From: an uncultured Clostridium sp.
GTDB lineage: Bacteria > Bacillota > Clostridia > TANB77 > CAG-508
Direction: 5' to 3'
DNA length: 64,000 bases
NCBI GenBank assembly: GCA_948473335.1
Contig: CAOKXF010000004.1
Coordinates: 70,530 to 134,529 of the forward strand
The first letter of the stretch is position 1, and each line of letters begins with the position of its first letter. The position numbers and the translations under genes are program-made. Positions 39,229 through 49,513 of this stretch are shown here, one piece after another. Under the pieces are notes generated by a model. The model searched no databases. It saw nothing but the letters and a program-made list of their open reading frames with translations, and was not told where the DNA came from.

Positions 39229-39936
39229 GTGAGTGAGGAAAAATATAAAAGAGTACTACTAAAGCTAAGCGGAGAAGCACTAGCAGGAGAACAAAAGACA
39301 GGTGTTGATGTAGAAACAGTTGGAAAAATATGTGATAAAATAAAAGAAATTGTAGAAATGGGAGTAGAAGTAGCTATTGTAGTAGGAGGAGGAAACTTCT
39401 GGAGAGGAAGACAAGGACACCAAATGGAAAGAACAACAGCAGATTATATGGGAATATTAGCAACTTCTATGAATGGATTAGCTTTACAAGATGCATTAGA
39501 GGCAAGAGGAGTTTATTCAAGAGTCCAAACATCTATTGAAATGAGAGAGATAGCAGAACCATTTATATTAAGAAAAGCAGAAAAACATTTAAAGCGTGGA
39601 AGAGTAGTAATATTTGCAGGAGGAACAGGTCATCCATATTTTACAACAGATACGGCAGCTGTATTAAGAGCAATCGAAATAAAGGCAGATATAATATTAC
39701 TAGGAAAATCAATAGATGCTGTATATTCTGCAGATCCAAAAATAGATACCACAGCGACGAAATATGATGAGATATCTTATTTAGAAGTATTAGAAAAGGA
39801 CTTAAAAGTAATGGACTCAACAGCAACTGCAATGTGTAGAGACAATAATATGCCTTTATTAGTATTTGGAATTGCAGATCCAGAGAACATAGTAAGAGCA
39901 ATAAAAGGGGAAAGAATTGGTACAATAGTAAAATAA
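39229..39936 (+). CDS. pyrH: Uridylate kinase
   Basis: [12 protein letters not shown]...[10 protein letters not shown]... GTG start after GGGGG. The tool ORF from 39097 over-extends into the acpP terminator. Confidence 0.88.
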   Translation: MSEEKYKRVLLKLSGEALAGEQKTGVDVETVGKICDKIKEIVEMGVEVAIVVGGGNFWRGRQGHQMERTTADYMGILATSMNGLALQDALEARGVYSRVQTSIEMREIAEPFILRKAEKHLKRGRVVIFAGGTGHPYFTTDTAAVLRAIEIKADIILLGKSIDAVYSADPKIDTTATKYDEISYLEVLEKDLKVMDSTATAMCRDNNMPLLVFGIADPENIVRAIKGERIGTIVK

Positions 39937-40098
39937 GATATAGCGAAATGATTTAGTATATAAAAAAATAAAAGATAGAAACTTAAAATTTAATAAATAA
40001 TAAAAATACAAAATATCAGTTTTAAATTAAAATAAAACATAAATAAATTAGAATAATCAAGAATAAAAATTAATAAATAAAAAGAGGAGAGAAAGAAA

Positions 40099-40647
40099 AT
40101 GGATTATACAAGTATAAAAGAGAGAATGGAAAAAACTATAGGAGTGTATACAGAAAAATTAGCAGAAATAAGAGCAGGAAGAGCAAATCCTGCAATACTA
40201 AATAAAATAAAAATTGAATATTATGGAACGCCAACGCCAATAAATCAAGTGGCAGCAGTGTCAGTACCAGAAGCAAGATTAATAGTAATACAACCATGGG
40301 ATTTAACATGTTTAAAAGAAATAGAAAAAGCAATTTTAACATCAGATATAGGAATTAATCCAAATAATGATGGAAAGGTAATAAGATTAAATTTTCCAGA
40401 ATTAACAGAAGAGAGAAGAAAAGAATTAGTAAAAGAAATAAGAAAAATAGCAGAAGAAGCAAAGGTATCAATAAGAGGAGTAAGAAGAGACGGTTTAGAT
40501 GAATTCAAAACAAAGCAAAAATCAAGTGAAATAACAGAAGATGAATTAAAAGTAGCAGAAGCAGAAATACAGAAAATGACAGATAGTAAAGTAGAAGAAA
40601 TAGATAAAATATTAGCAAATAAAGAATTAGATATAATGAATATATAG
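40099..40647 (+). CDS. frr: Ribosome recycling factor
   Basis: 182 aa with the typical RRF sequence (RAGRANPAILNKIKIEYYGTPTP...). Confidence 0.92.
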   Translation: MDYTSIKERMEKTIGVYTEKLAEIRAGRANPAILNKIKIEYYGTPTPINQVAAVSVPEARLIVIQPWDLTCLKEIEKAILTSDIGINPNNDGKVIRLNFPELTEERRKELVKEIRKIAEEAKVSIRGVRRDGLDEFKTKQKSSEITEDELKVAEAEIQKMTDSKVEEIDKILANKELDIMNI

Positions 40648-40711
40648 AAATATTAATTTAAATTAGTAAAATTCGCTAGACTTAATTATCAGAAAGGAAA
40701 ATAAGAATAAG

Positions 40712-41602
40712 ATGGAGTTAAAAGAAGAATTATCGAAATATAGAGAAATCATAGATACAGAATTAGCAAAATATTTGACAAAAGAAAAATGTCCAGAGCA
40801 AATATTAAATGAAGCAATGGAATATAGTCTAATGGCAGGAGGAAAGCGAATAAGACCAATACTAATGTTAAAAGTATATCAATTATTTAGAGAAGAAATT
40901 GAAAAAGTTATGTCTTATGCATGTGCTATGGAAATGATACATAATTTTTCTTTAATCCATGATGATTTACCAGGAATAGATGATGATGATTTTAGACATG
41001 GAAAACTAACAAATCATAAAAAATATAATGAAGCTACTGCAATATTAGCAGGTGATGGATTATTAAATTTAGCATATGGAACAATGACAAGAGATTTAAT
41101 AGATACTAATAATATGGAAGAACAAAAAAATAAAATTAAAGCAATTAATGAAATTATAACAGCAACACAAAGAATGATAGCTGGAGAATATGTAGATACA
41201 GAATATGAGGGAAAAGCAATATCATCAGACTACTTAGAGTATATGCATAAAAATAAGACAGGAGCATTGTTTATAGCATCAGCAAGATCAGCAGCAATAT
41301 TAGCAAATGCAAATGAGGCAGAATTAGAAAAAATTACAAAATATGCAGAAATAATAGGATTAACATTTCAAATTAAAGATGATATTTTATCTGCTGTAGG
41401 TGATGAGAATATATTAGGCAAACAAGTTGGAAATGATGCAGAAAGAGGGAAATGTACATATGTTACAAAATATGGTTTAGAAAAGGCAAAAAAGATGTTA
41501 GAAGAATTGACAAAAGAGGCAGTAGAAATAGCAGAAACATATGAAGAAAAAGGAGAATTTTTAAAAGAACTTGCAATATATATTAAGATAAGAAATAAAT
41601 AG
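40712..41602 (+). CDS. ispA: Polyprenyl (farnesyl/geranylgeranyl) diphosphate synthase
   Basis: FARM motif (LIHDDLPGIDDDDFRHG) and second Asp-rich motif (FQIKDDILS). Confidence 0.85.
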   Translation: MELKEELSKYREIIDTELAKYLTKEKCPEQILNEAMEYSLMAGGKRIRPILMLKVYQLFREEIEKVMSYACAMEMIHNFSLIHDDLPGIDDDDFRHGKLTNHKKYNEATAILAGDGLLNLAYGTMTRDLIDTNNMEEQKNKIKAINEIITATQRMIAGEYVDTEYEGKAISSDYLEYMHKNKTGALFIASARSAAILANANEAELEKITKYAEIIGLTFQIKDDILSAVGDENILGKQVGNDAERGKCTYVTKYGLEKAKKMLEELTKEAVEIAETYEEKGEFLKELAIYIKIRNK

Positions 41603-41613
41603 GAGGGATAAAT

Positions 41614-42327
41614 TTGCAGGAACAACAAAACAAAATGCCAGAACACATAGGAATAATAATGGATGGTAACAGGAGATGGGCTAAATCAAAGGGGATGCCA
41701 GCAGGTCTTGGACACAAGCAAGGAGCAAAGACATTAGAAAATATAATAAGATATGCAAATAAAATAGGCTTAAAATATATAACTGTATTTGCATTTTCGA
41801 CAGAAAACTGGAAAAGAACAGAAGAAGAAGTTAATGGATTAATGATGTTATTACAAAATTACCTAGATGATTATTCAAAGAGGGCAGATACAGAAAATAT
41901 AAAAGTAAGAGTTATAGGCGATATAGCAGTATTGTCAGAAGGAATGAAAAAGAGCATAAGTAAATGTATTGAAAGAACTAAAAATAATACAGGAGTAACG
42001 TTTACTATAGCATTAAATTATGGTGGAAGAGATGAAATTATAAAAGTAACTCAAAAGATAGCAGAGAAAGTAAAAGATGGGGAAATAGATATATCAGAAA
42101 TAGGAGAAAAGGTTATAGAAGAACATCTATATACAGCAAATTATCCTAATCCTGATTTAATAATAAGAACTAGTGGAGAGATGAGACTAAGTGGTTTTTT
42201 AATGTGGCAGTCAATATATTCAGAATTATATTTTATAGAAAAAAATTGGCCAGATTTTACAGAGGAAGATTTAGATATAGCGATAAAAGAATATAAAAAA
42301 AGAAATAGAAAATTTGGAGCAAATTAA
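41614..42327 (+). CDS. uppS: Undecaprenyl diphosphate synthase
   Basis: HIGIIMDGNRRWAK...FAFSTENWKR. TTG start. Confidence 0.9.
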   Translation: MQEQQNKMPEHIGIIMDGNRRWAKSKGMPAGLGHKQGAKTLENIIRYANKIGLKYITVFAFSTENWKRTEEEVNGLMMLLQNYLDDYSKRADTENIKVRVIGDIAVLSEGMKKSISKCIERTKNNTGVTFTIALNYGGRDEIIKVTQKIAEKVKDGEIDISEIGEKVIEEHLYTANYPNPDLIIRTSGEMRLSGFLMWQSIYSELYFIEKNWPDFTEEDLDIAIKEYKKRNRKFGAN

Positions 42328-42403
42328 TTTGAACTAATGGATATATAATTGCAAATGATATTGCAATTTCTTAAAATTAAGAAAACAACTAAAGGAGAAA
42401 AAA

Positions 42404-43234
42404 ATGGAAGAAGAAAAAAAGAAGAAAACCGTAGATATAAGTAGAATTTTATCAGCAGCAATAGGATTTCCTATTGTAGCAGTACTAATGATATTTGGAA
42501 ATAATTATGTAATAGATATAGCATTAGCAATAGTTGGAATTCAAGCAATGAGAGAATACTTGAATGCAGTATCAAAAAAATCTAATCCAGTAAAATGGAT
42601 TTCATATTTATCTTGTGTGATAATTGCAATTATGCATATTATACCAACTGAATATGTAGGATTAGTACAATTTTTATCAATTCCAGTATTAATTGCATTG
42701 CTATTTTTTCAAGTTATAGTAACAAATATGAAAACTAATTTTAATGATATAACATATACTTTTATAGGAATATGTTACATTGTATTTTGTGTACTTAGTA
42801 TGTCATTAATAAGAGGAATGGAGAATGGGGTACTATTAATATGGTATTTAATATTAGCTGGATGGGGAACAGATGTATTTGCATATTTAATAGGTAAGTA
42901 TTTTGGAAAACACAAATTTAGTGATGTCAGTCCTAAAAAATCTATTGAAGGATGTATAGCAGGTACAGTTGGAGCAATAATATTAACAGTGGTATATACA
43001 TATTTAATAAATAAATATACTGATTTAAATTATTCATATTGGTTAACTGCAATAATTGGATTGATTTTAAGTATATTAGGGCAATTAGGAGATTTTGCAG
43101 CATCAGCAATTAAAAGATATGTTGGAGTAAAAGATTATAGTAATATAATACCTGGTCATGGGGGAATGATGGATAGAATAGATAGTTTACTATTTATAGG
43201 ACCATTTGCATATATATTATTAGGACTATTGTAA
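42404..43234 (+). CDS. cdsA: Phosphatidate cytidylyltransferase
   Basis: Multi-TM protein with a CTP_transf_1 C-terminal signature (GHGGMMDRIDSLLF). Confidence 0.88.
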   Translation: MEEEKKKKTVDISRILSAAIGFPIVAVLMIFGNNYVIDIALAIVGIQAMREYLNAVSKKSNPVKWISYLSCVIIAIMHIIPTEYVGLVQFLSIPVLIALLFFQVIVTNMKTNFNDITYTFIGICYIVFCVLSMSLIRGMENGVLLIWYLILAGWGTDVFAYLIGKYFGKHKFSDVSPKKSIEGCIAGTVGAIILTVVYTYLINKYTDLNYSYWLTAIIGLILSILGQLGDFAASAIKRYVGVKDYSNIIPGHGGMMDRIDSLLFIGPFAYILLGLL

Positions 43235-43285
43235 GTTTTGAGACAAATATAAGCTATAAGATTTTAATATAATAGGAGGAAAAAA

Positions 43286-44056
43286 TTGATTTCATTTATT
43301 TTTAATGCAATAAAAATTATATTTTTATTAGGTTTGCTAGTATTTATACATGAAGGAGGGCACTTTCTTGTAGCAAAATTATGCAAAGTCAAAGTAAATG
43401 AATTTGCTATAGGATTTGGTAAGACTATATGGCAGAAGCAAATAAAAGAAACGAAATATGCTTTAAGGATTATACCATTAGGTGGATTTGTCAGTATGGA
43501 AGGAGAAACAGAAACATCTGAAGAGGAGGGATCATTTACTAAAGCAAGTATTCTAAAAAGAATTGCAATAGTTGCAGCAGGGGCAATAGTAAACATATTA
43601 TTTGGAATATTTGTATATTTTATTTTAATGACAACTATTGGAATTCAATTTGCTGATCCTGCGAAAGATACTTTATGGAATAGATTATATTATGGAGCTC
43701 AAGGCACAGGACAATTCATAGCAGAATTAGGAAATGGTATAAAATCAATATTTACACAAGGAATCTCATTAAATGAAATGACAGGACCAGTAGGTATATC
43801 AGAAATAGTAGTACAAACAACTAATTTTTCAAATTATATTTATATAATGGCAGTAATATCTATATCATTAGGAATAACAAATTTACTTCCAATACCAGCA
43901 TTAGATGGTGGAAAGATAGTATTCTTGATTATCGAAGCAATAAGAAGAAAACCTCTAAAAGTAGAAACAGAAGCAATGATACAAATGGTTGGATTTTCTT
44001 TATTAATAGCTCTATCACTTTATGTAACATATAAAGATGTGATTAGAATATTTTAG
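43286..44056 (+). CDS. rseP: M50 site-2 protease (RseP/RasP family) lacking the PDZ domain.
   Basis: HEGGHF zinc motif in TM1, AGAIVNILFG in TM2, GPVGI and NLLPIPALDGG (LDG motif). Only ~55 aa separate TM2 from GPVGI, too short for a PDZ. TTG start. Conserved uppS-cdsA-rseP synteny. Confidence 0.8.
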   Translation: MISFIFNAIKIIFLLGLLVFIHEGGHFLVAKLCKVKVNEFAIGFGKTIWQKQIKETKYALRIIPLGGFVSMEGETETSEEEGSFTKASILKRIAIVAAGAIVNILFGIFVYFILMTTIGIQFADPAKDTLWNRLYYGAQGTGQFIAELGNGIKSIFTQGISLNEMTGPVGISEIVVQTTNFSNYIYIMAVISISLGITNLLPIPALDGGKIVFLIIEAIRRKPLKVETEAMIQMVGFSLLIALSLYVTYKDVIRIF

Positions 44057-44178
44057 AGTTATAATATACCTAAATGTAACAAATTTAACCATAATGCGAC
44101 TAATATTATATTGAATTACATTTAAAAATATGGTAAAATAAAATTATATAAAATAAGCATAAGGAGGAATCCAGTTCA

Positions 44179-44508
44179 ATGAAAGATTTAATTATTATAA
44201 TTGTTCTGGTAGTACCAATAGTGATTGCCATTTTCAATTTTTTTTGGAATTTGGCAAATAACAACAAGCGGTGTATACTATGCATAGGATGCAAGAATTG
44301 CGTTAATTGTACATTTGCTATTTTGTGCAATGAATGCGAAGAATGCAATAAATGTGTTAAGTGTATGAACTGCTTTATGTGCAAGAAGTGTCGCAAATGT
44401 ACAAATTGTAACGAGTGCATTTTGTGCAAAAATAGTGTAGGTTGTTTTGACTGCAACAACTGTTGCAATTTGCATGATGCAGAAGCATTTGTAGGCACAT
44501 ATTTGTGA
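44179..44508 (+). CDS. Membrane-anchored cysteine-repeat protein: N-terminal TM helix plus ~20 tandem CxxC units.
   Basis: RBS AGGAGG, 10 nt, ATG. TM helix LIIIIVLVVPIVIAIFNFFW, then CILCIGCKNCVNCTFAILCNECEECNKCVKCMNCFMCKKCRKCTNCNECILCKNSVGCFDCNNCC. 27 Cys in 109 aa. A hairpin follows at 44528-44560. Confidence 0.6.
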   Translation: MKDLIIIIVLVVPIVIAIFNFFWNLANNNKRCILCIGCKNCVNCTFAILCNECEECNKCVKCMNCFMCKKCRKCTNCNECILCKNSVGCFDCNNCCNLHDAEAFVGTYL

Positions 44509-44667
44509 ACTTAGCTTTATATATTGAAAGGCGGAAGAATCTTCCGTCTTTCAACATTGAACTAAAATATTAAATAAATTATAATATTCGAATAGATAAA
44601 TATTGTAAAAACTCCATAAATATGCTATATTAGATAGTATAATTTAATAAAAATTGGAGGAAACAAA

Positions 44668-46422
44668 ATGTATAGGACACACAATTTAGGAGAATTAAAA
44701 CAAAAAGATATAGGAAAAGAAGTAGAATTATCAGGATGGATACAAAAAATCAGAAATTTAGGAGGAATGATATTCCTAGACTTAAGAGACGAATTTGGAG
44801 TAACACAAATAGTAATAAATGATGAAGAATTACAAAATCAAGCAAAAGACTTAACAACAGAAGCATGTATAGGAATAAAAGGAAAAGTAGTAGAAAGAAC
44901 AAATAAAAATCCTAAAATGCCTACAGGAGAGATAGAAGTAGTAGCAGATAAAATAGAAGTATTGGGAAAATGTAAAACAGTATTACCATTTGAGATAAAT
45001 ACAGAACAAGATGTAAGAGAAGACTTAAGACTAGAATATAGATTTTTAGATTTAAGAAATGAAAGGTTACATAATAACATATTGTTACGTTCAAAAATAT
45101 TAAAAGCACTAAGAGACAATATGGATGAATTAGGATTTACAGAAATACAAACTCCAATATTAGCAAATTCATCGCCAGAAGGAGCGAGAGATTATTTAGT
45201 ACCAAGTAGAATACATGCAGGAGAATTCTATGCATTACCACAAGCACCACAACAATTCAAACAATTATTAATGGTATCAGGATTTAATAAATATTTTCAA
45301 ATAGCACCATGTTTTAGAGATGAAGATCCAAGAGCAGATAGAGCGCCAGGAGAATTCTATCAATTAGATTTTGAAATGAGTTTTGCAACCCAAGAAGATG
45401 TATTCCAAGTAATAGAAACAGTAGTACCAAATGTATTTGAAAAATTTACAGATTGGAAAGTAGATAAAGGACCATTTTTAAAAATACCATACAAAGAAGC
45501 AATGGAGATATATGGAATAGATAAGCCAGACTTAAGAAATCCACTAAAAATCCAAGATATAACAAGATTATTTAAAAATACAGAATTTAATGCATTTAAA
45601 GGAAAAATAATAAAAGCAATAATAGTTCCAAATGGAGCAGAACAAGGTAGAAAATTCTTTGATAATATGGCAGAGTTTGCTATACAGGAATGTGGTGCAA
45701 AAGGTCTAGCATGGACGAAGTTGGAACAGACAGGAGAGATTACAGGAGGAATAGCAAAATTCATAACAGAAGAAATAAAAGAAGAATTAGAAAAAGGATA
45801 TAATTTAGAAAAAGGAAGTTCAATATTCTTTATAGCAGACGAACAATTAGAAACTACACAAAAAATTGCAGGTTTAGTAAGGATAGAATTAGGAAAAAGA
45901 TTAGATATAATAGAAAAAAATGTATATAAATTCTGTTTTATAGTAGATTTTCCAATGTATGAGATGGCAGAAGATGAAAATGGAAATCCGAAAATAGATT
46001 TTTGCCATAATCCATTTTCAATGCCACAAGGAGGATTAGAAGCATTAACAACAAAAAATCCATTAGATGTGTTAGCGTACCAATATGATTTAGTATGTAA
46101 TGGGTATGAAATGGCATCAGGAGCAGTAAGAAATCATAATCCAGAAATTATGGTAAAAGCATTTGAAATAGCAGGATATAGTGAAGAAGATGTAAAAACA
46201 AGATTCGGAGCATTATATAATGCATTCCAATATGGAACACCTCCACATGCTGGAGCAGCGCCAGGAGTAGATAGAATGGTAATGTTAATAGCAGATTCAC
46301 AAAATATAAGAGAAGTAATAGCATTTCCAAAAAATAAAAAAGCAAGAGATTTATTAATGAATGCACCATCTAAAGTAACAGAGCAACAATTGAAAGATGT
46401 ACATATAAAAATTGTTGAATAA
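44668..46422 (+). CDS. aspS: Aspartyl-tRNA synthetase
   Basis: Class II aaRS motifs (FRDEDPRADR...GGIRIH-like). 584 aa with an OB-fold N-terminus. Confidence 0.93.
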   Translation: MYRTHNLGELKQKDIGKEVELSGWIQKIRNLGGMIFLDLRDEFGVTQIVINDEELQNQAKDLTTEACIGIKGKVVERTNKNPKMPTGEIEVVADKIEVLGKCKTVLPFEINTEQDVREDLRLEYRFLDLRNERLHNNILLRSKILKALRDNMDELGFTEIQTPILANSSPEGARDYLVPSRIHAGEFYALPQAPQQFKQLLMVSGFNKYFQIAPCFRDEDPRADRAPGEFYQLDFEMSFATQEDVFQVIETVVPNVFEKFTDWKVDKGPFLKIPYKEAMEIYGIDKPDLRNPLKIQDITRLFKNTEFNAFKGKIIKAIIVPNGAEQGRKFFDNMAEFAIQECGAKGLAWTKLEQTGEITGGIAKFITEEIKEELEKGYNLEKGSSIFFIADEQLETTQKIAGLVRIELGKRLDIIEKNVYKFCFIVDFPMYEMAEDENGNPKIDFCHNPFSMPQGGLEALTTKNPLDVLAYQYDLVCNGYEMASGAVRNHNPEIMVKAFEIAGYSEEDVKTRFGALYNAFQYGTPPHAGAAPGVDRMVMLIADSQNIREVIAFPKNKKARDLLMNAPSKVTEQQLKDVHIKIVE

Positions 46423-46515
46423 AGAAAAAAGTTGAATTATAAAAGTGTATATATTCATAAGAATTATACACTTTTATTGATGTATATAAATATCATTTAA
46501 TAGGAGGAAAATTAA

Positions 46516-47502
46516 ATGATATTATTTAATAATAAAGAAGAACAAAATGAAATTAATTTTACAAAAATGCATGGGTTAGGGAATGATTATTTAATTATCA
46601 ATTGTATGGATAATAAGAATAGTAAAAATGATATAGGGAGAATAGAAGAAAATAAAGATGATATATCAAAAATAGCAAGGTATTTGTGTAATAGAAATTT
46701 TGGAGTAGGAGCAGATGGAATTATATTAGTAAGTAAAAGTAATATAGCAGATTTTAAAATGAATATATATAATTCAGATGGTTCAGAAGCAGAGATGTGT
46801 GGAAATGGAATTAGGTGTTTTGCAAAATATGTATATGAAGAAAATTTAACAGGAAAGCAAGAAATAAAAATAGAAACCTTATCAGGCATAAAAGATGCAT
46901 ATATAAGAAAATCTAAAATAAATAGTGAAATTATGGAAATAACAATAAATATGGGAAGAGCTATATTAGAAATAGATAAAATTCCAGTAATACAAATATT
47001 AAAAAAAGATGAAATAGAGGATTCAAAAAATATATTAGAACTAGAGACAAAAAATGAGATAGTAAAAGAAGGAAAAAATGAGTTAGTAAAAATACAGTTA
47101 AAAGTATTAGAGAAAGAATTAGAAGCTTATTGTATATCAATGGGAAATCCACATACAGTAATATTTTGTGAAGATGTAGAAAAAGTACCAATAAAAAGTT
47201 TTGGAAGTTTAATTGAAGAAGATGAACATTTTCCAGAAAAAACAAATGTAGAATTCATACAAGTTTTAGGAAGTTCAAGTATAAAAATGAGAGTCTGGGA
47301 AAGAGGAGTAGGAGAGACATATGCTTGTGGTACAGGAGCATGCGCATCAGTAGCTGTTTGTAATAAGTTAGGAATTACAAAAGAAAAAGTTGCAGTATAT
47401 CTAAAAGGAGGCGAATTAAAAATAGAGATAGATGAAGAAACACAAGAAATATATATGACAGGAATTACTACAAAAGTATTTGATGGAAAAATAAAAATCT
47501 AA
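46516..47502 (+). CDS. dapF: Diaminopimelate epimerase, with a ~50-aa Lys/Glu-rich insertion.
   Basis: FTKMHGLGNDY N-terminus, catalytic Cys motifs (NSDGSEAEMCGNG; ACGTGACAS). Confidence 0.85.
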   Translation: MILFNNKEEQNEINFTKMHGLGNDYLIINCMDNKNSKNDIGRIEENKDDISKIARYLCNRNFGVGADGIILVSKSNIADFKMNIYNSDGSEAEMCGNGIRCFAKYVYEENLTGKQEIKIETLSGIKDAYIRKSKINSEIMEITINMGRAILEIDKIPVIQILKKDEIEDSKNILELETKNEIVKEGKNELVKIQLKVLEKELEAYCISMGNPHTVIFCEDVEKVPIKSFGSLIEEDEHFPEKTNVEFIQVLGSSSIKMRVWERGVGETYACGTGACASVAVCNKLGITKEKVAVYLKGGELKIEIDEETQEIYMTGITTKVFDGKIKI

Positions 47503-47528
47503 GTAATATAAATGTTACTTAGATTTTT
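47493..47528. terminator. Bidirectional terminator between convergent dapF and murE.
   Basis: AAAAATCTAAGTAA-tataaatg-TTACTTAGATTTTT: a 14-bp perfect stem flanked by A and T tracts. It overlaps the dapF stop. Confidence 0.6.
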
Positions 47529-47567
47529 ATCTTATAGTATATCAAAGTGCATTAGATGTATATTAGA

Positions 47568-49130
47568 CTAGATTTTACAATTTGGGATATTGAAAGTCTC
47601 ATTGTTAAAATTTTTAACTTTATCATAATCATAATTATCATCCAACATTTCTTCAATGATATCATGAATAATAATTCTTTCATCATAAGGATATTTAACA
47701 CCCATATATTCAATATATAAGTCATTTCCAAGACCAGGCAAAACAATAATATCATCTTTGGTAGCAATAGAAAGAGCATATCTAATAGCTTCAGTTCTAT
47801 TCAAAATAAGAATATATTCACCACCACTTTTCTTTAGACCAACTTCAATATCCTGTAGAATAGACATAGGATTTTCAGTACGAACTTGATCAGAAGTAAG
47901 AATTGTGAAATCTGCTAAATTTCCAGAAATCTCGCCCATAATAGGACGTTTAGTTTTATCTCTATCGCCACCAACACCCCAAGTGCAAATAACTTTACCT
48001 TTAGTATAAGGTTTAACAGTTTTTAAAATAGACTCTAGACTTGAAGGTGTGTGAGCATAATCAATCATAATAGTTAGACCAAGTCTATTAGTGACTAATT
48101 CACTTCTGCCAAAAACCCTAACAGTTTTTAAAGCAAATCTAATTTCATCAGCATTTATATTAAAATGACTGGCAACAGCAATAGCACCAAGAGCATTGTA
48201 GACCATGTATTCACCAGGAATAGAAACACAAACAGGTTCATCCTTTCCATTTACTGATAATGTAAAATTAATGCATGAATTTTCAGGTTTTAAATCTTTT
48301 GCAAAAAAGTCATAGTGTTTAGATAACATTCCAAATGTAGTAACATTTTTATTTGGAAATAATTTAGGAATTCTTGATGTATAATCATTATCAAGATTAA
48401 CAACTAAGTTTGGAGAAAGTTTCATAAGTTCAAGTTTTGCATTAAAATAATCATTCATATCAGAATGTTCACGAGGGCTAATATGGTCTTCTGTCAAATT
48501 AGTAAATAGAGCAATATCAAAATCACAACCAGTAACTCTATCCAATTTCATAGCTTGAGAAGAAACTTCAAGTATAGCAACATCAACATTTTCATCAACC
48601 ATTTTAGCTAAAGTTTCTTGAATTTTGTAACTTTCTGGAGTAGTTCTGTCAGTTACTTCTAACTGCTTGTCTCCAATATAAATAGCAATACTTCCAATAA
48701 GTCCAACTTTTAATCCATGAGCTTCTAAAATTGATTTAATCATAAAAGTTGAAGTAGTTTTTCCTTTTGTACCTGTAACACCAATAACCTTCAATTTCTT
48801 TGATGGATTATCATACAGATTACAGCTTGCAACAGCTAGAGCATTTCTAATATTTGCAATTGAAATAATGGGAACTTTTTTTGAAGTATTTATTTTGTCT
48901 AAATCAACATTTTCTTCGACTACTACAGCAGTAGCACCATTATCTATAGCTGAATTTATAAATTCTGTTCCATTTTTGTTATATCCATTTATTGCGAAGA
49001 ATAGACCATTTTGCTTAATATTTCTTGAGTCTGAAGATATATTTGTAATGTCTATATCTATATCATTCATATTATGTATATTGATATAATTTTTTATTTC
49101 TGTGTTTTTTAATATTTTATTTAAATTCAT
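47568..49130 (-). CDS. murE: UDP-N-acetylmuramoyl-L-alanyl-D-glutamate--2,6-diaminopimelate ligase
   Basis: Mur ligase Walker A (GVTGTKGKTTST) and the murE-type motif DYAHTP...DRDK. Confidence 0.9.
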   Translation of the reverse strand: MNLNKILKNTEIKNYINIHNMNDIDIDITNISSDSRNIKQNGLFFAINGYNKNGTEFINSAIDNGATAVVVEENVDLDKINTSKKVPIISIANIRNALAVASCNLYDNPSKKLKVIGVTGTKGKTTSTFMIKSILEAHGLKVGLIGSIAIYIGDKQLEVTDRTTPESYKIQETLAKMVDENVDVAILEVSSQAMKLDRVTGCDFDIALFTNLTEDHISPREHSDMNDYFNAKLELMKLSPNLVVNLDNDYTSRIPKLFPNKNVTTFGMLSKHYDFFAKDLKPENSCINFTLSVNGKDEPVCVSIPGEYMVYNALGAIAVASHFNINADEIRFALKTVRVFGRSELVTNRLGLTIMIDYAHTPSSLESILKTVKPYTKGKVICTWGVGGDRDKTKRPIMGEISGNLADFTILTSDQVRTENPMSILQDIEVGLKKSGGEYILILNRTEAIRYALSIATKDDIIVLPGLGNDLYIEYMGVKYPYDERIIIHDIIEEMLDDNYDYDKVKNFNNETFNIPNCKI

Positions 49131-49513
49131 AATTTCACTTCTTTCCTATTTGTTTTATTTATTAGGATTATATATCTTTTTACTTTTTTTGTAAAGTTGG
49201 GTCAGTAGGGACGTTGGTAGTGACACAAAAAACGCTGAACCTTCCTTTTCCCAATATATAGATAAATAATTACTAGTAAAGATTTATTCTTGTTTTTTAT
49301 ATAAAGACTAGGATGAAGCGGAATTTACTGCATACTATATATAGTTTATAGAAATTAAATTTCCATTAGTATTTTTTATAATAAATTGACAAAGAAAAAA
49401 CAATATGATATTTTCTAAAAACAATAAATATAAAATAAAGAAGAAAGAATGAGAAAATTTTTATACAGATTTGTTTTTTTAGCAAATATAGTGATAGTGG
49501 AGACAAGAAAGGG

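Noticed and set aside
44509-44667. Possible T-box leader upstream of aspS.
   Set aside because: The leader is only ~160 nt and lacks the conserved T-box sequence and antiterminator features. A plain TTGTAA-17-TATATT promoter with a short UTR fits better.
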